Source of the DNA: Raillietiella orientalis
Taxonomy: Eukaryota
Assembly (NCBI GenBank): GCA_036172245.1
Contig: JAYWIR010000005.1
Location: forward strand, 5,766,001 to 5,830,000
Direction: 5' to 3'
Length of the DNA stretch: 64,000 nucleotides
Position numbers and translations under genes: made by a program. This document shows positions 12,001-25,213 of the stretch, in pieces. Position 1 is the stretch's first letter. Every line of letters starts with the position of its first letter. The notes under the pieces were generated by a model. The model saw only the letters and a list, made by a program, of their open reading frames with translations, was not told the DNA's origin and did no database searches.

Positions 12001-15000
12001 GGCTGGGCGATCAAAACATTTCTTGGCAGTGGCGCTTTCTACCCTCTGACACGCAGGGAAGAAGTGACTTGCAAATTTCGCCAGTTGTGCTCCGTCACGG
12101 ATGCAACAGAACTCAGAGTTGCCACGTGTTCCCAAGAGGGCAGATGAGCCGAGGAAACTGTGCCGCTCGAACGTCGCGATCTCTTCTTCGGCTTTCCGGC
12201 CAGCTTCCCGCCTGGAAGATCCTCCGGAAACTGGGAGCTCAAGGGACTTCGGATAGCCATCTCCAGAGTTCTCTTACTTTTCCATCTCGCTCATCTTAAA
12301 AGCACACACATCCTCCTTCACCTTCTCGTGTTTGCGCGAGCGCACGCGAGGGGAACTTGACAGGGAGATGCGCTTCCCTCTTGTTCCACAGGGAGCTGCA
12401 CTTCGGCGATCAGGGCTGCCCTGGAACTCTGCTCCCCGGCGTCTGGAGCATACCGCATGTCGGTTTGCACACAAACACACACACACATACACACACCACA
12501 GAAAAACAACAACAACTCGAAATCACCTATATCTCTATGTATGTGTATAAAAATGATCGCTTCGGGACCGTTACTGATTGTTTCTGTTGATGGGAAACGC
12601 AGCCAAGAAAACAATGACAGTCGTGACTGAGGCACTGAATTTCTACCTCCTGATTTCGATCGTAAATACCGAAAATTGATTTGTTTCATTTGCTTTGGAT
12701 TTCATCATTGTTTATGGAAGCGGCGGCTGCGTAGCGATTACATCTGTGTGTGATGTGCCCATCCGCACGGGTACTCCGGAGCATGAATATTAATTCCGCG
12801 CCAGGCATGCGATGATAAAAGCAGGGAGGGAGGAAAGGGAGGATCCACAACCACAAACACATCGGCGAAAACATTCCGTGAGAGCTGACCTTTAGAAGGG
12901 ACACAGATGCAACACATCTGAGGGGAAATTTTTGCAAGAGGATGAGCCATCGCGGAGCGGCGCCCGCGCGTCCTGCATGGCGCAGCTCTCGCAAAAGACC
13001 TTCCCAGGTCTTAAATGGAAAATTCTTTCAGCGGATGCATTCCTCTTTCTCACGGAATCCCTCCGCTGCTTCTGCTTCTCTTTCCAGATCAGGGGAGTGT
13101 CTTTTTGTCCCGTGCCGCCTGCCCCGGGAACGGTTTCTCTCGCACGAAGTTTCGCCTCCTCCCCAAATTTCCCGAATTTCCAAGTTTCCGGGCGGTCTTC
13201 TTTTTGGAAGCAGCAGGCCGGCATCCTAGGCATTCCGGGTGCAGCTCGAGGTGGTCTCTCGAAAGCAGGCATGGAGAAGGAGGCAGGCACTGAATCGATG
13301 GCAAGCCTGGGGAACCGCTCAACTTGGAGCGCGAAGAAGCTCTTTGGTGATTTTTATCTTCTGGGCAGTACCTGCTCCCTTTCAAGAAGTGCGGGAGGAA
13401 ACCTCGCAGTCCTCAGATCTCCTCTGCTTCTCTTGGCGGGGAAACTAGAGCGGGGAGCTCCAACGCTCCCCCCGGCAAGGCGAAACTCGGGACACCCGCG
13501 TCATCCCGGCCACCACGGTCTTCCGAGGACTGCAGTGAGCGGAAAAGGCAGAGAGAGGTCTGCTTGTGTGGATTTGCCTACTGAAGCCGCACGAAGACAC
13601 GGTAACGCCACGTGCACGTGGGTATGTGGCGGATGAAAGCAGTGACACAACCGACAAACTCGCTTGCTGCTTTTCCGGATCCCTCCCGCCCTCGTTTAGG
13701 AGAATCGCTCAGCCAACGAGGAACTCAGAGAATAAGAAAAAAAAGAAGAAATGAAGGTTCGACGCTTTTCAAGCCTTCCCGTAGAAACGATCCGGTAGCC
13801 CTTGAAACCCGATAGACGACTGCTGCGGCTACCCGAAGACAAGTGCGGAGTATCTGAAATGGGAGGTTCCAATGAAACCATGGCCAAAAAAAAAAAAGGA
13901 AAAAAAAACGTGTGAGAACCGAGAACCGAGCGTGAGAATTGGGGGCACATTTATTTAAAAATGTTTCCTTGTTTTAACATCAGGCGAGGCGTTTTCCTCA
14001 GGCACAGATAAACAACCTCAGTGTTTGGACCGTACCGAAGCAGCGTAGCAGCGACGACTTGCTTCAGTTTGGAGGAAGAGTCGTAGTCGAGCGATTTTTC
14101 TTTTTCCTTTTCCCTTGATTCCTATGTCTTGCTGGAGACCTAAACGGATTGAAGGACGAGAGAGGGACTGGAATCTGCGCTTCCGCATCACTGAAGGGTA
14201 GACGCGCTGTGATGTAGATAAGTGAAAGGTTTGGAAGCACGTGCGTTGGTCTCGTGAGGTGATGACTTCGCCGCGCTGACGTCTGGAAAGTACAAGAGAA
14301 AATCAAGGGTCGATTAGAGGACGGAGACCCTCTAGCGCTAGCGAATGGTGCAGCCTCTGCAGGATGTTGCAATCTTGGTTGCCGAGCTGCTATCTGGCAC
14401 GCCCCTCCTCCAGAATGCGTTTCAAGGCTGCATCCAGCATACTGTCTCAAGACATGGAAACGATGCTGAGAGAATCAGTGCCAGCCCCTCTGATAGGAGA
14501 TGAAGTGAAAATGGGCGGCAACGGCTCGCAGCTTCCTATTCTTGAGAATCGGCAGACGATTAATCACCTAGAAAACTCAATCATGAGAGATCTTCCTAGG
14601 ACAAGGCGGAAGAAACTGATGAAGGAAATGGTCCTAGGAAGTCTCCACAGACGCGGTGAAGAACTGTGTCTTATCCCAGTCGGGCTTTGATAGCGTTCCC
14701 CGTAGATCGCGAGCATTTGACTCTCACTCGTGGAATTCTGGTGCTTCATCCACGGTGAACCAGATCGCCACCTCTGCTCAAGCCTCAAGAAACAAGTTCC
14801 ATTGGATGTTTTTTTTTTTTGGAACCTGTGCTCGCCGCCCAGTCAGGAACTCGAAAATCCGAGACCCCCCTGCCTCTGATTCGCGCTCGCTTTTAGTCCG
14901 GGTATGAGGGAAAGAGGACGAGACTCAGATCGAAGGTGTTTCTAAAGGAGAAACGAGGAAGGGGAAAACCCAGGATGCTGCAAACGCACCTCACCCCATG

Positions 15001-18000
15001 CTCCTTGAGTTACATTTCCAGGAAGTGCAGGGATTTCTTTTCGTCATTGCGAGCCCCCGCCGCCGCCGCCAAGTTTTCCTAGATGGATGGCTCATGAAGC
15101 ACCTCGGTGCCTAGCGTCCCCCTAGATCGGGCCAACCTCGATCCGATACTAAGTTTTCTTGGACTCTTTGATCATTGCAATTCAAGAAGACGATGTTCTC
15201 TTCTCTTCTCCTCCGGAAATAAAAGAGGTACATATATACCCACTGGCCTGAAGCAGGATGCCATATCAGAATCCATCCAACCTTGTCTCCAAAGTTGCAT
15301 CGATTAAGAGAAAATCATGACCTCGAAGCTTCTGGAGCAGGATTTCTGGATCCTTCTCTCCATCAGCTACGCAGCGTTTGAAGAATTGGCACACAAGAAG
15401 TGGCACAAACAGCATCGAAATAAGGTCTCTGAAACCATGGAGACCACTGATTTTCAATGACTCAAACACCCAGCCCTGACTCATTCTCAGTGCGATGGAA
15501 TCTGACGCATCGATCGGAATTCGCTGGAGCTCGTCTCTCGTGAGAAGAGCCATGATGAACTGTGGAGATGGGTATTTAAGTGATAACCAGGGACAGGGGC
15601 GAGGCGATGAAGATTTTTGTGGTGCGTTCGTTAAGATGGACAAATGGATCTTCCCGAGGTTTCCCACGTGCTAAAAGGCACGACACGTCAGCGAAGATTC
15701 GGAAAGGGGATTCTGGATGTTATCTGGCTGAGAGGAAAACACGGACAGTTTATACGCTGTGTGGAGCCAGTTCGTAGAAGAGACATAAACCTAAACAAGG
15801 CGCAATTCGGAAGAAAGGGAAGTGATGGAGTCGAAAATAATGACTGCTCATATAGGGAAGATGGAATCCTAAGGGGAGGAAAGTTTGAAATTTCGAAAAC
15901 TGCTCGTTTATTGCCTTTCGATGTAGAAAATAGGCTGCATGGCTGAAGGAAGGACCGAAACGAAAAAGCGGCTCCGGAAGACGAAGTTCATCGCTGATGG
16001 GAGGCCTTTCCTTGCCAATGATGTCTCAATGGGAAAAATTTCAAGAGAATGGAAACTTTCACAGCTAACATGGAGGACGCAGTAAATATGACCTGGACAA
16101 GGTCGTCCTGGAGAATGTGAACGATCGGGTGCATCAAACCGGGAATACGGGGGGAACCAATTTTGGGAAAATGTCAAATGAGTGGAAATCTTCTGCTCTG
16201 CAAAGTTCAAGAGTTGACTCTAGAAGGTTCATGAGGTTTCCTGTGCCTGCAAAGAGTGACGAATCCACACAGGAATCAGAACGACAGATGTCGAGGAATG
16301 ACTGACTTTTCCTAGGAAGGCTGGTCCAGAAACCAAAGAGCTAAGATTGATTTCTCTGACGAAAAGTAAGCTGATCCGTTGCGATGAGGCATGGAATGCT
16401 CAAGGAAACAATGAATTTGCTCAAAGATGTAGAAGCTAAGCCATCCGGACAGGGCCAAGACTTCAGATTGCAGTCTATGGAAAGAAGACAATAAGACCGC
16501 GCCCATTCCCCGGACTAAACTGAAACTTGCCTTGCTGCTGGCAAGAGCAACCCTTCCACTGATACACTCAGGTGTAAACTGATACGAGTCTCCTGCATAG
16601 AGGCAACTCTACTCAGGAGAAAGTGAACGGTACGGAATTCGGAAGGTACGCTGCTATTAATCGGATGACTCGAGGAAAAATTCTACTTAAAAGGGGGAGT
16701 GGAACGAAGACTGTCTTGTTAACCGAAGTGTCACGAAAGGAATGTGTAGGTTGATGATGAAGGAAAAAGTACGCTGCTTCGAAAACTGACTGGAGCCCAT
16801 AGACGTCAAAAGAAAACAACATGATTTACAGAGAGAGGGAGGCTGAGGTGGCTTGTCGCAGAGAAACGACATGGGAATCAAGTCATTTCGGATCGCTACG
16901 CAGTCCATAAGTGACTGTTGAGGGACCATGATCACAAACAAGGGTTTGGCTTTTGAATAATGGTATCTGCAAGTGTTGTTTCCTTTCCAAGCACACTAGG
17001 AAACCTTTTCCAGCAAAAGCTTGGCTCTCTGAAGCAGCATCCGCTCCATCAACAGGAATCTTCCTCGAACCCTGCATCATGCTCTTCATTGTTAAGGGAA
17101 ATATTTCTCTAAGAACATGGAAGACAAAGCGATGTCCCCCCCCCAAAAAAAAAAAAAAAAATTCTCATTTCATATAGTTCTGTGCCGAAGAGCCAGCCAT
17201 CCCTTTTGGAAATTTTCCATTAGTGAGCAGGAATAATTCGCCTTTAATATTTGTCCTGGATGGAGCTCTTCCAACGCACTGCGTAATCAGATTGTTTGTT
17301 TGGCAACGGCAGAACTGACTTTCCCAGGAAAATCATTGAACAGAACGGTGCACATCACATGCGGCAAACGTGCATGCACGCATCATGAACTGTGCATGGA
17401 TGCATCGTGTGCTGCATGAAAGCATTGCTTCTCGGTTATCCAAAAATAAAACCCGAATTCGGGCCTTCTGGCTGCGTTCTGTTAATCAAAGTTCCATTTT
17501 AAGGAAGGATTTATTTATAAATTGTGGACGCAAGAGCAGAACTTTTGGATACAAGAACGCAAATTGGGAGGAACCCACGGCGTTTCGGTCCCCGTTAAAT
17601 GCGAGATGGAAGAGGCACGCGGGCGAAAACGTGATTTCCTTCAGTACTGATATTTCAACTGTCTTCCATCACTATTTAATGGTGCCTTGAGGTTTTCGAG
17701 ACCTTGGCACCGAGCGTCTGAACGTTGGAAAGTTGCGACCTTTCGAAGACATCGGTCGTCAGAGCTGTAAACAAATGGGATGGCGTGGCCGCAGAGCACT
17801 CTTGTTTGGGAAGTGGAAGCACGCTTCTTCCTCTAACAGTTTTCCCGAGTCCTACATCCTCATTCGCAACAGGGATTTTTCTATATGAGGGCGGTTCGCA
17901 ATACGATCATCTGGCTGCGTGAAAATGGAGAATTACTTGCCGAAAGACCATTCTTTTCATCCGATCCAAATGCGCTCTCTAGTTCACCAAAAAGGACCAG

Positions 18001-21000
18001 AGACAAAATTTCACAGTGAAACAGCTTTCCCTTCGCCTTCAGTTTCACCTCAGATGATTGAGATACTAAATCGTTTTCGAAGGGAAATCAGCCTTCGTGG
18101 ATCAGGGAGCTTGACTCTCGTAAGATGATCACTTTCCGCTGAATCACGATGCACACGATGCTGCTTTGCCGTAAATCCAGGATGTGGTTTTTAAAAAAGG
18201 AGGTATCTAAAAAGAGCGAGAACAACATCTAAATGTTGTTAAGGCAGGTGACTGGATGCATTAATCTCCGGACCTGACTCAGGTGAACGGGATCTCTTTA
18301 ATGCCGATTCCAGTTTCAAGAATCGAAAGTCAACGTGTTTTTCTCAGAGGAAACAGTCATCATCAGTGACAGGGTGCGCAGGTCCTACGAAGCCAAGCAA
18401 GGGGTTCCTTGGTTTTAGACGATGTCATGTTGAAAATGCAGGCTCTGGGATCTTGAGAATCATTTCCGTGAATCCATTATCCGTTATGATCATGATTGAA
18501 ACGGCTTGAAAAAAAATCATCCATTTAGCTTGCGCAACCGATATGAGTATCTCCTTAGCCATTTCAATCATTCTTGAGCGATGGAATCATGAGACGATGG
18601 CTCTGAAAACTGATGGGAAAAACTAGGAAGCACCTCGAGACGAATGTTTTAATGTATGGAAATGGCTCCTCTGACGACAAATTCCAAAAGTCTAGGATAT
18701 TTTGCTACTCCGCATCTCACTGTGCTGATTCGTGGATTTCATTCTTTCACTTGCCATCTATGATGCTCTTGCTGGCAAAAAAGAAGAATAAGAATGACAT
18801 TCGGGAACTTAGGTGACATGCGGATTTCTGGGATATCATTGGAATGATGGGTCCAGACAATGCTGAAAAGGGTCCTCGAATCCATGGCGATCACAAAGCT
18901 GTTGCCACGACAACTCTTCCCGTACAACACAGGCCTGCAGTTGCAGGTGCACGGTCTTCTTTCACAATCACGGCTAAGAAACGAAAGTGGCAAATCTCCC
19001 TGCCTCCCTTTGCCTCCTTGATGAAGTTGATTATTAGAGAAATCCCTTAGTTCTCAGGGTGTCCGAATCTTTTATTTTGCCTCGAAATCAGAAATGCTTG
19101 CTGAAGTAAAATTTTTTTTTCCACACATCAAGAAGTCTACATAGCGGGAAGGGCAGAGAAAAGACTCTCGATAGAAGAAGATGATTTCTTACTGACTTGA
19201 AAAACTCTGGGTTCGCTCTTCCTCAAGATTCCAGCTCCCTACTTATACAGTTCTTCACCAAATATAGAGTAGACAAATGCGAGGAATTTGAGATACTCCA
19301 TGGAAGTAGAGCCAATATGAGATGGTTTTTTTTGATAGAGCCAAAGTTGCTCCCTTTCCATCAATAGCTGAGTTGGAGAACAAGGTTTTTCGGCTCAATA
19401 ACGAGGCTCTAAGGCGATTTGATTTTTCTGCTCCCATCCCAGAATCCTGCTCAGTGCTGCCTAGAGTCCTTTCGAAAGCCCATTCTAGAAGGGAGTGAGG
19501 AAAACAAGGAATCTTCAAGCCTCAGAAGGAACACGCGGGACGTCTTTTCTTGCGGAGAGAAGGAAGGGAAGAAAGAAGGACAAAAATCATCAGGAGATTT
19601 TCCGACAGGCCTCCGTGCACATAGCAGACGTATTTGACAAACAAATTTGCATCAAGGATGAGAAGCTTGAGGTTGAGTAGTTGTGGCACTCGAATTGAAG
19701 AGAAAAAGAATTCAACTACATGGAAGGCAGGAAGACGAGGAAGAAGAATAGCATCTCGGAATTCTGAAACATCTCTTAGAACCTTGGTTTCTGACACCAT
19801 CTCCCCGGGCTGGCCATCTTTTGTCTTCTAGCTTTTTTATTTAATGTGGAGAATTTTCCTCTTTAATTCAAGCTCACATGGTAGCTCCTCTTCGTACCCT
19901 TTTCGCAGCTTCAAGTCTACATCGCTTGAAAAACAATGCTGTAAGTTGTGACGAAGAAAAAATAAAACGAAAAGTTGTATCTGTAGCATGCACTGGATCT
20001 CTTTGGGAGATCTACTGATCTCCTGTTTGTCCTTCGGAATGCCTAACTGTACAGGTCGATAGCCCAGAGGGAAAGGCAAAACAAATTTTTTGGTCCACGG
20101 CCTCACCTACGTTTATTCTTTCTAAGCCAAGGGAATGGCTACATCGTGCCGTGTCATTTTTAGGCTTAGATACTATGTCTCTGTCTTTCATTCTTCCTCC
20201 TGTATACCGTGTCCACTGTAAGCAGCTGGTAATAGTGGGATAGACACATAGAAACGCCAGCGTGGCTCACTATTACGGATCCCATGGCTGGCAAAAATTC
20301 TTATTGATGATGCAGCAAAACCTCACAGAAGGAATATGATTTCGCTTCACTCTTTGGTAGATTTGTTGCCTTCAGGAAGGCACCCTGAGGTTGTCTGCTC
20401 AGGATTGTCAATGGTAAGCAGCTACTCCCTCCCCTCGTGTGTTCTGACCTGCTGCTCTCTTTCCTCTGCCCTCCTTCGAATTCGGAAATTTTTTATCCTT
20501 TAATTCTCTGCGCTATATTTGAGAAATTCGACTACCAACAAGTCTCAGCTGCTTCTCGCGTTTTCAATTAGACTCAACCACTTTTCAACTGATGCTCTCA
20601 CTCACTAGATAGAGCTCGTGCAAGCCTAAACAGAGTTCTTGCACGAAGAGTAAAGTACTTTGAAACTAGTCATGCACAGATCTCTGGAGACGGCACTCGG
20701 ATAGATATGCGACGATGCTCCCATCTTCTATAGGTGATACATAGAAAGCTGATTTCAGTTAATTCTGCTTCATCATGTGTTTTTCATTTTCTTCTCTTCG
20801 GCCAGTAGTGATCTTCTTCTCCTGACAGACTGTTCTTATCACAAATACGAAAAAAAAAAAAAAAAACTCCCATTCTGTGATCGCTTGTTCATCTTCAGAA
20901 GCACCATGCGAAGTTCATGAAATTTTGGCATCATCTGAGGAACTCGGAATCCAGTTGAAATCAACGAGGCAACCCGTTTGAGAATTTCCGAACAGATCGC

Positions 21001-21500
21001 TGTCAAGAGTCTTCGCCGACTAGCTTGAAATACAGGAAATCGTTTCTGCTCCCGCTGGCGTAGTTGATGCCCGAGTTCTCTGAGCAGGAGATTCTGGCAC
21101 GCAGTTCATTCTCATTGAGGAAATGCGCTATGGACCAGATGCTGCGCGCCTTATGAAAATTGCATTCGAGCTTTCATAATGGGGAGAAAATTCCCCTCCA
21201 TCATCATGCTTTTCCAAAAAGGGAAAACATGATGAAGATGATGGGGGAGGGGGGAACAGACATTACGTTTAGTGAATTTTGAGTTCGACCTGAAATGATA
21301 TGAAAAATGCAAACTGCTGGTAAAATTCTGAACTGGCAAAGTGCTGAACATGGAGAAGAGAGGAAGCTTTCGCAAACGAAGAACAAAGGGGGAACGAGGT
21401 GTTTCGCGTCCCTTTAAAAAGCGAAAAGCTCAGAGTCCAGTGCCTGCCGCTCCTCGACAGCAGTCGTGAGAATGGCTTAGACAGTTCGCTTCTAGCCATG

Positions 21501-21642
21501 CCATTGTTAGCCCACGACGCGTCACGAGCGTACCATTGTTAGCCCACAACGCGTCACGAGCACACCATTGTTAGCCCACAACGCGTCACGAGCACACCAT
21601 TGTGAGTCCAGATACGTGTCACGAGAATGCCATTGTTAGCCC
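21501..21642. repeat. Minisatellite, 32-bp unit x ~4.4 (CCATTGTTAGCCCACAACGCGTCACGAGCACA)
   Basis: Units start at 21501, 21533, 21565, 21597 (degenerate, 33 bp) and 21630 (partial). Confidence 0.95.
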
Positions 21643-24600
21643 TCGGCGTGCTCCAAATACTCCTCATCTCTAAGGAAACCAGGAGCCTTTCATTGTCACG
21701 GAGACCGAACAGCTTCATCGTATCAAGAGAGTGATCTTGAGAGGGCGAAAACGAAACATTCCTGACGCTACCTCTCCTGCATGCGCAAGGCCTCTCTGGC
21801 CGGATGTCGGATTGTATTTATTTTATTTTGAGCAATTTATTTATTTTAATTTCTTTTTCCGTATTGATTTATTTGAATGCGTTGATATTCGCTTAGAAAT
21901 GTGCCCTGCGGATACATAAGTCAGGAGGGATTTCGTAAATGACTCAATCGACCGCAAATAACAGGGTAGGCCCACAGTTCGCAATTTCCTAAGATTGTTA
22001 TTTATTATTACTAACTGTATTATTTCAGTTTTCTCCATTTTATTCTTCTACTCCTCCTGCCTTTTTTCCTTCTTGGAGGAGGAGGAGGAACGGGGGGGAG
22101 GAAGGGGAGGACTTACAGTTTCTTGCTTTCTTTCGAGTTCTTGCTCACATCAAGAACTGCAGACTTGATGCACATCCTTCAGCGTCACCATACGAGTGCT
22201 TGCTGCTTCGCTGTATGCATCTATCGGCAGCTCAGCTCCTTCGGATTCGAAAAGCCCACAGATTTGATCTTTTTTTTTTTTTTTTCCTTTTTTTGTAATG
22301 AATGGCAATTTCGAGTGCCGTCGGTAAAGGAGAATGCTGGTTATAAGTGTGCATCAATCAAGCATTGCAGGCGTTGCAGCAATCGATAGCCGAACTCTCG
22401 TTCTCGATAAAAGGGAGCAATGGAATTTCGATCCAGAGTTTCAACGGAGGAGCAAACGAAATGCTCGCAATCGACAAAAAATAAAAATTTAGTAACGTGA
22501 TATCATTCGAAGCATGCTTTAAGGGAAAGAAATAATAGCTAATTGATACTAAACGTGAAAGAGGAAGAAGTAAGTTTGCGATTTCTTAGAAGTGGATCAC
22601 GTGACAGTACAATCCCAAGCTTGGATGCTATCAGAGAACTACAGTAAAGGATACATAATTGACAAAGACGCTTTGAGTTTACGAAATCAGTCTCCGTGCT
22701 TGCTGAAGCTTAGTAAGCCGGAAGAATGGCCAAGTAGGGAAGCTCCGTGTTCATCGGCTACCTTGCCTGCTGGCCCTACGTTTTTTGCTCTGGAATTCTC
22801 AGAGAGGTTCCAAACAACTAAAATATTTTTTCAGCGTGTTGGAAAGCAAACGCAAAATGGTGGATGCAGAACCTTCTTCCTGATACCGGGGCAACAAGGA
22901 TGATTCGGAAAAAACTGAGCTCAGTGGAGGGTCTCTCCATGTATTTTCGCATAAGCAGCTACTGAATCACCGTGCAAAAACAAATAATTTTCTTTCGAAA
23001 TAAATAGAAATTACCTTGTTTTTTTTTTTTTGTTTTTTTTTTTTTTTTGACGTGACTTTGTGATTGAGTTATGCACTGCTCAGCATCAGATAATAAAAAG
23101 ACGCTCTTGCTCACTGTAAACGAATAGTTACGTCAGCTACATGTACCACCCTGTTTGTTAGATCAGCAGCCAGCGACTCTCTGCTGAAGGGAAAAACCAG
23201 CTCCCTTGAGATGCACTTCGGTGAGTTCCCTGGGTCTCATTCTTGCTGGAAAACACGTGAAATCCGAGGAACTCTGCCATGACAAGAAACAGAGCTTCTC
23301 GACAACAAGAAAACAGTCTTTAGAGCTGGGAGCCTCTCGAGTGTGACAGCGAAGATCAGAATTCCTACTTATTTATGCTCTTTTCCTTTCTTGCTCCCTA
23401 AAGAGAGGGGGGGAAGGGAACGGGAAGGAGAGAGGTGTTTCTTTTCGGTGTTGGCTCCAAGAGCGAAGGACGTGCTAACGCGGACCATGCATCAAGCATC
23501 TGCCGGTTTCTCTCCTCGCTTCCTCAACCCTGGAAGAAGTGAATCGAGATCAACGAATCACCGCAAACTGCCCAAAAGAGCATTTCTTTTCGTACCGTAC
23601 GTCTTTTTCGCATTTGGAAACCGATCCAAACTTTAGGGTAGTTCAAAAGACAAGTCCGTAGCAGACGCATTAGTGGACAGCGTTCCTTCCGCTGGAATGG
23701 GCTAAAGAGCGGCGCATTTTGAGCATGACGATCGATTTCCTCGACATTCCGGAAGTGGCAATCGTTTGTCTTGATTTTTTTTTTGAGCACATGTCATGTT
23801 TTTTTTTGAGTCAAGAGCATTCAGCAATTTCCCTGGAACATCCCTGCAAAGAAATTTCGTCTCTCAAGGATTCGCTTGAACAGGTACGTCGCCGACGCTG
23901 AGCCACCACTCTGAAGCTTTTTTCTCGAAGGCACCCGAAATTTTGAGAATTCCCGAGCCTCGCTGCCAAGCCCAAGGGCTTTCCCAGGAGCCCCTGTCTG
24001 TGTGACCAGACCCACTACTCGATCTTTCAGAGCTTGAACGACGCCGGAAAAGTCCACGAGGGCGAAAGAAGTCGTGAACAGCCATGGACACAGAGAAGTG
24101 AGGGTCGTCTCAGACTGTGCTCGAAAAACAGCAAGCATTGAGCGCTCCCCCTCATGGAAGAGAACGGAATGGCAAGGAGCCGACAGATGTTCTGCCCTTC
24201 ATGTTAATGGGAATCTTCTCCAGAGAATCGGCTCACAAATTTCAAAGCCTCTTTCAGAAAGCCTTTCCCGCGGAGGTCCTCCCGAGCGACCGACCGCAGA
24301 TCACATTCAAGACATTCAGAACCAAAAAATAAGAAAACTGATTTGTCTTCTCCTGCCTTTGAGGGATTCAGGGAAGCCACATACGGATGATAAAGGGAAA
24401 GTGGGACAGTGTCTAGGAACGGAGCCACTGCGCAATCGAGAGGACTTCGACCTAACCCAACCGATATGACAAAGAACGCTGGCTTCCCTCACCCACTCCC
24501 CCCACTTGCTCACCCCGATTGATTTGTTCACCCTTTGTCTTCCTCCCGACAATCCGATTCCCCTCCTTTCGAGGAAGGCGAGGGGGAGAAAGGTGGCGTG

Positions 24601-25167
24601 CGTTTCCGAGATGCTCCTCGAGGAACGCTGCAGCGGCGGCCCGCAAAAAGGATCTGGCATTCGACCTCAGGGAGGAAACGTGAAACGTGCGCAGGATCCC
24701 GTCCTGGTTTGCTGATCGCCTAACGACCGGCAAGCAAGCCGAGAGGATCGCTGCCTACTCCCTGTCACAAGCGCCCGCGGAGCTCTCGTGGAAAGAAAAC
24801 TTTCCAGACGCGCCGAGCAGACGCTTCTCCACCTCCGCGCACCACCACCGCGCTCTCCGGAGAATAAAGAAAATCCACACGGAATCTCCATCCACTCCAA
24901 GTCCTCACGGCAGTCTGGAAGAGATGTCAAAGACTCCACTCCCATCATGAGTCTGCGCACGAATCTTCAGCGAGATTCCCCGCTGCAGCTTTCCGAGAGC
25001 ATCGGCAAGGAAACGGGGTCATGTTCCTGCGTCCTGACCAGGACTTCCTCCTTATACACGTCCACAAGTGTAAATCTTCCCTAAACGAAATGACAATCAT
25101 GTTTCGGAAGGGAACCATCGGGACGGGAAGGGCATCATTCCATACCTTCCATCCCGCTTCCTGACAG

Positions 25168-25213
25168 GGAGTATATACATATATATATATATATGTGTGT
25201 GTATATATACTCC
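25168..25213. repeat. Near-perfect 46-bp palindrome built on a (TA)n/(TG)n microsatellite
   Basis: GGAGTATATA...TATATACTCC ends with an alternating purine/pyrimidine core. Confidence 0.85.

Noticed and set aside
13911..13938. Paired Su(H) sites (TGTGAGAA, CGTGAGAA) as an SPS element
   Set aside because: They are in the same orientation and part of a short GAGAACC repeat, whereas SPS elements are head-to-head.
21501..21642. CRISPR-like array (32-bp periodicity)
   Set aside because: Units are head-to-tail with no unique spacers, there are no cas genes, and the context is eukaryotic. It is a minisatellite.
14000..24400. Hidden gene or transposon in the AT-richer block (e.g. exon-like 23162-23220)
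   Set aside because: Only isolated splice-like signals. I found no RT, transposase or other recognisable motifs, no terminal repeats and no consistent exon chain.
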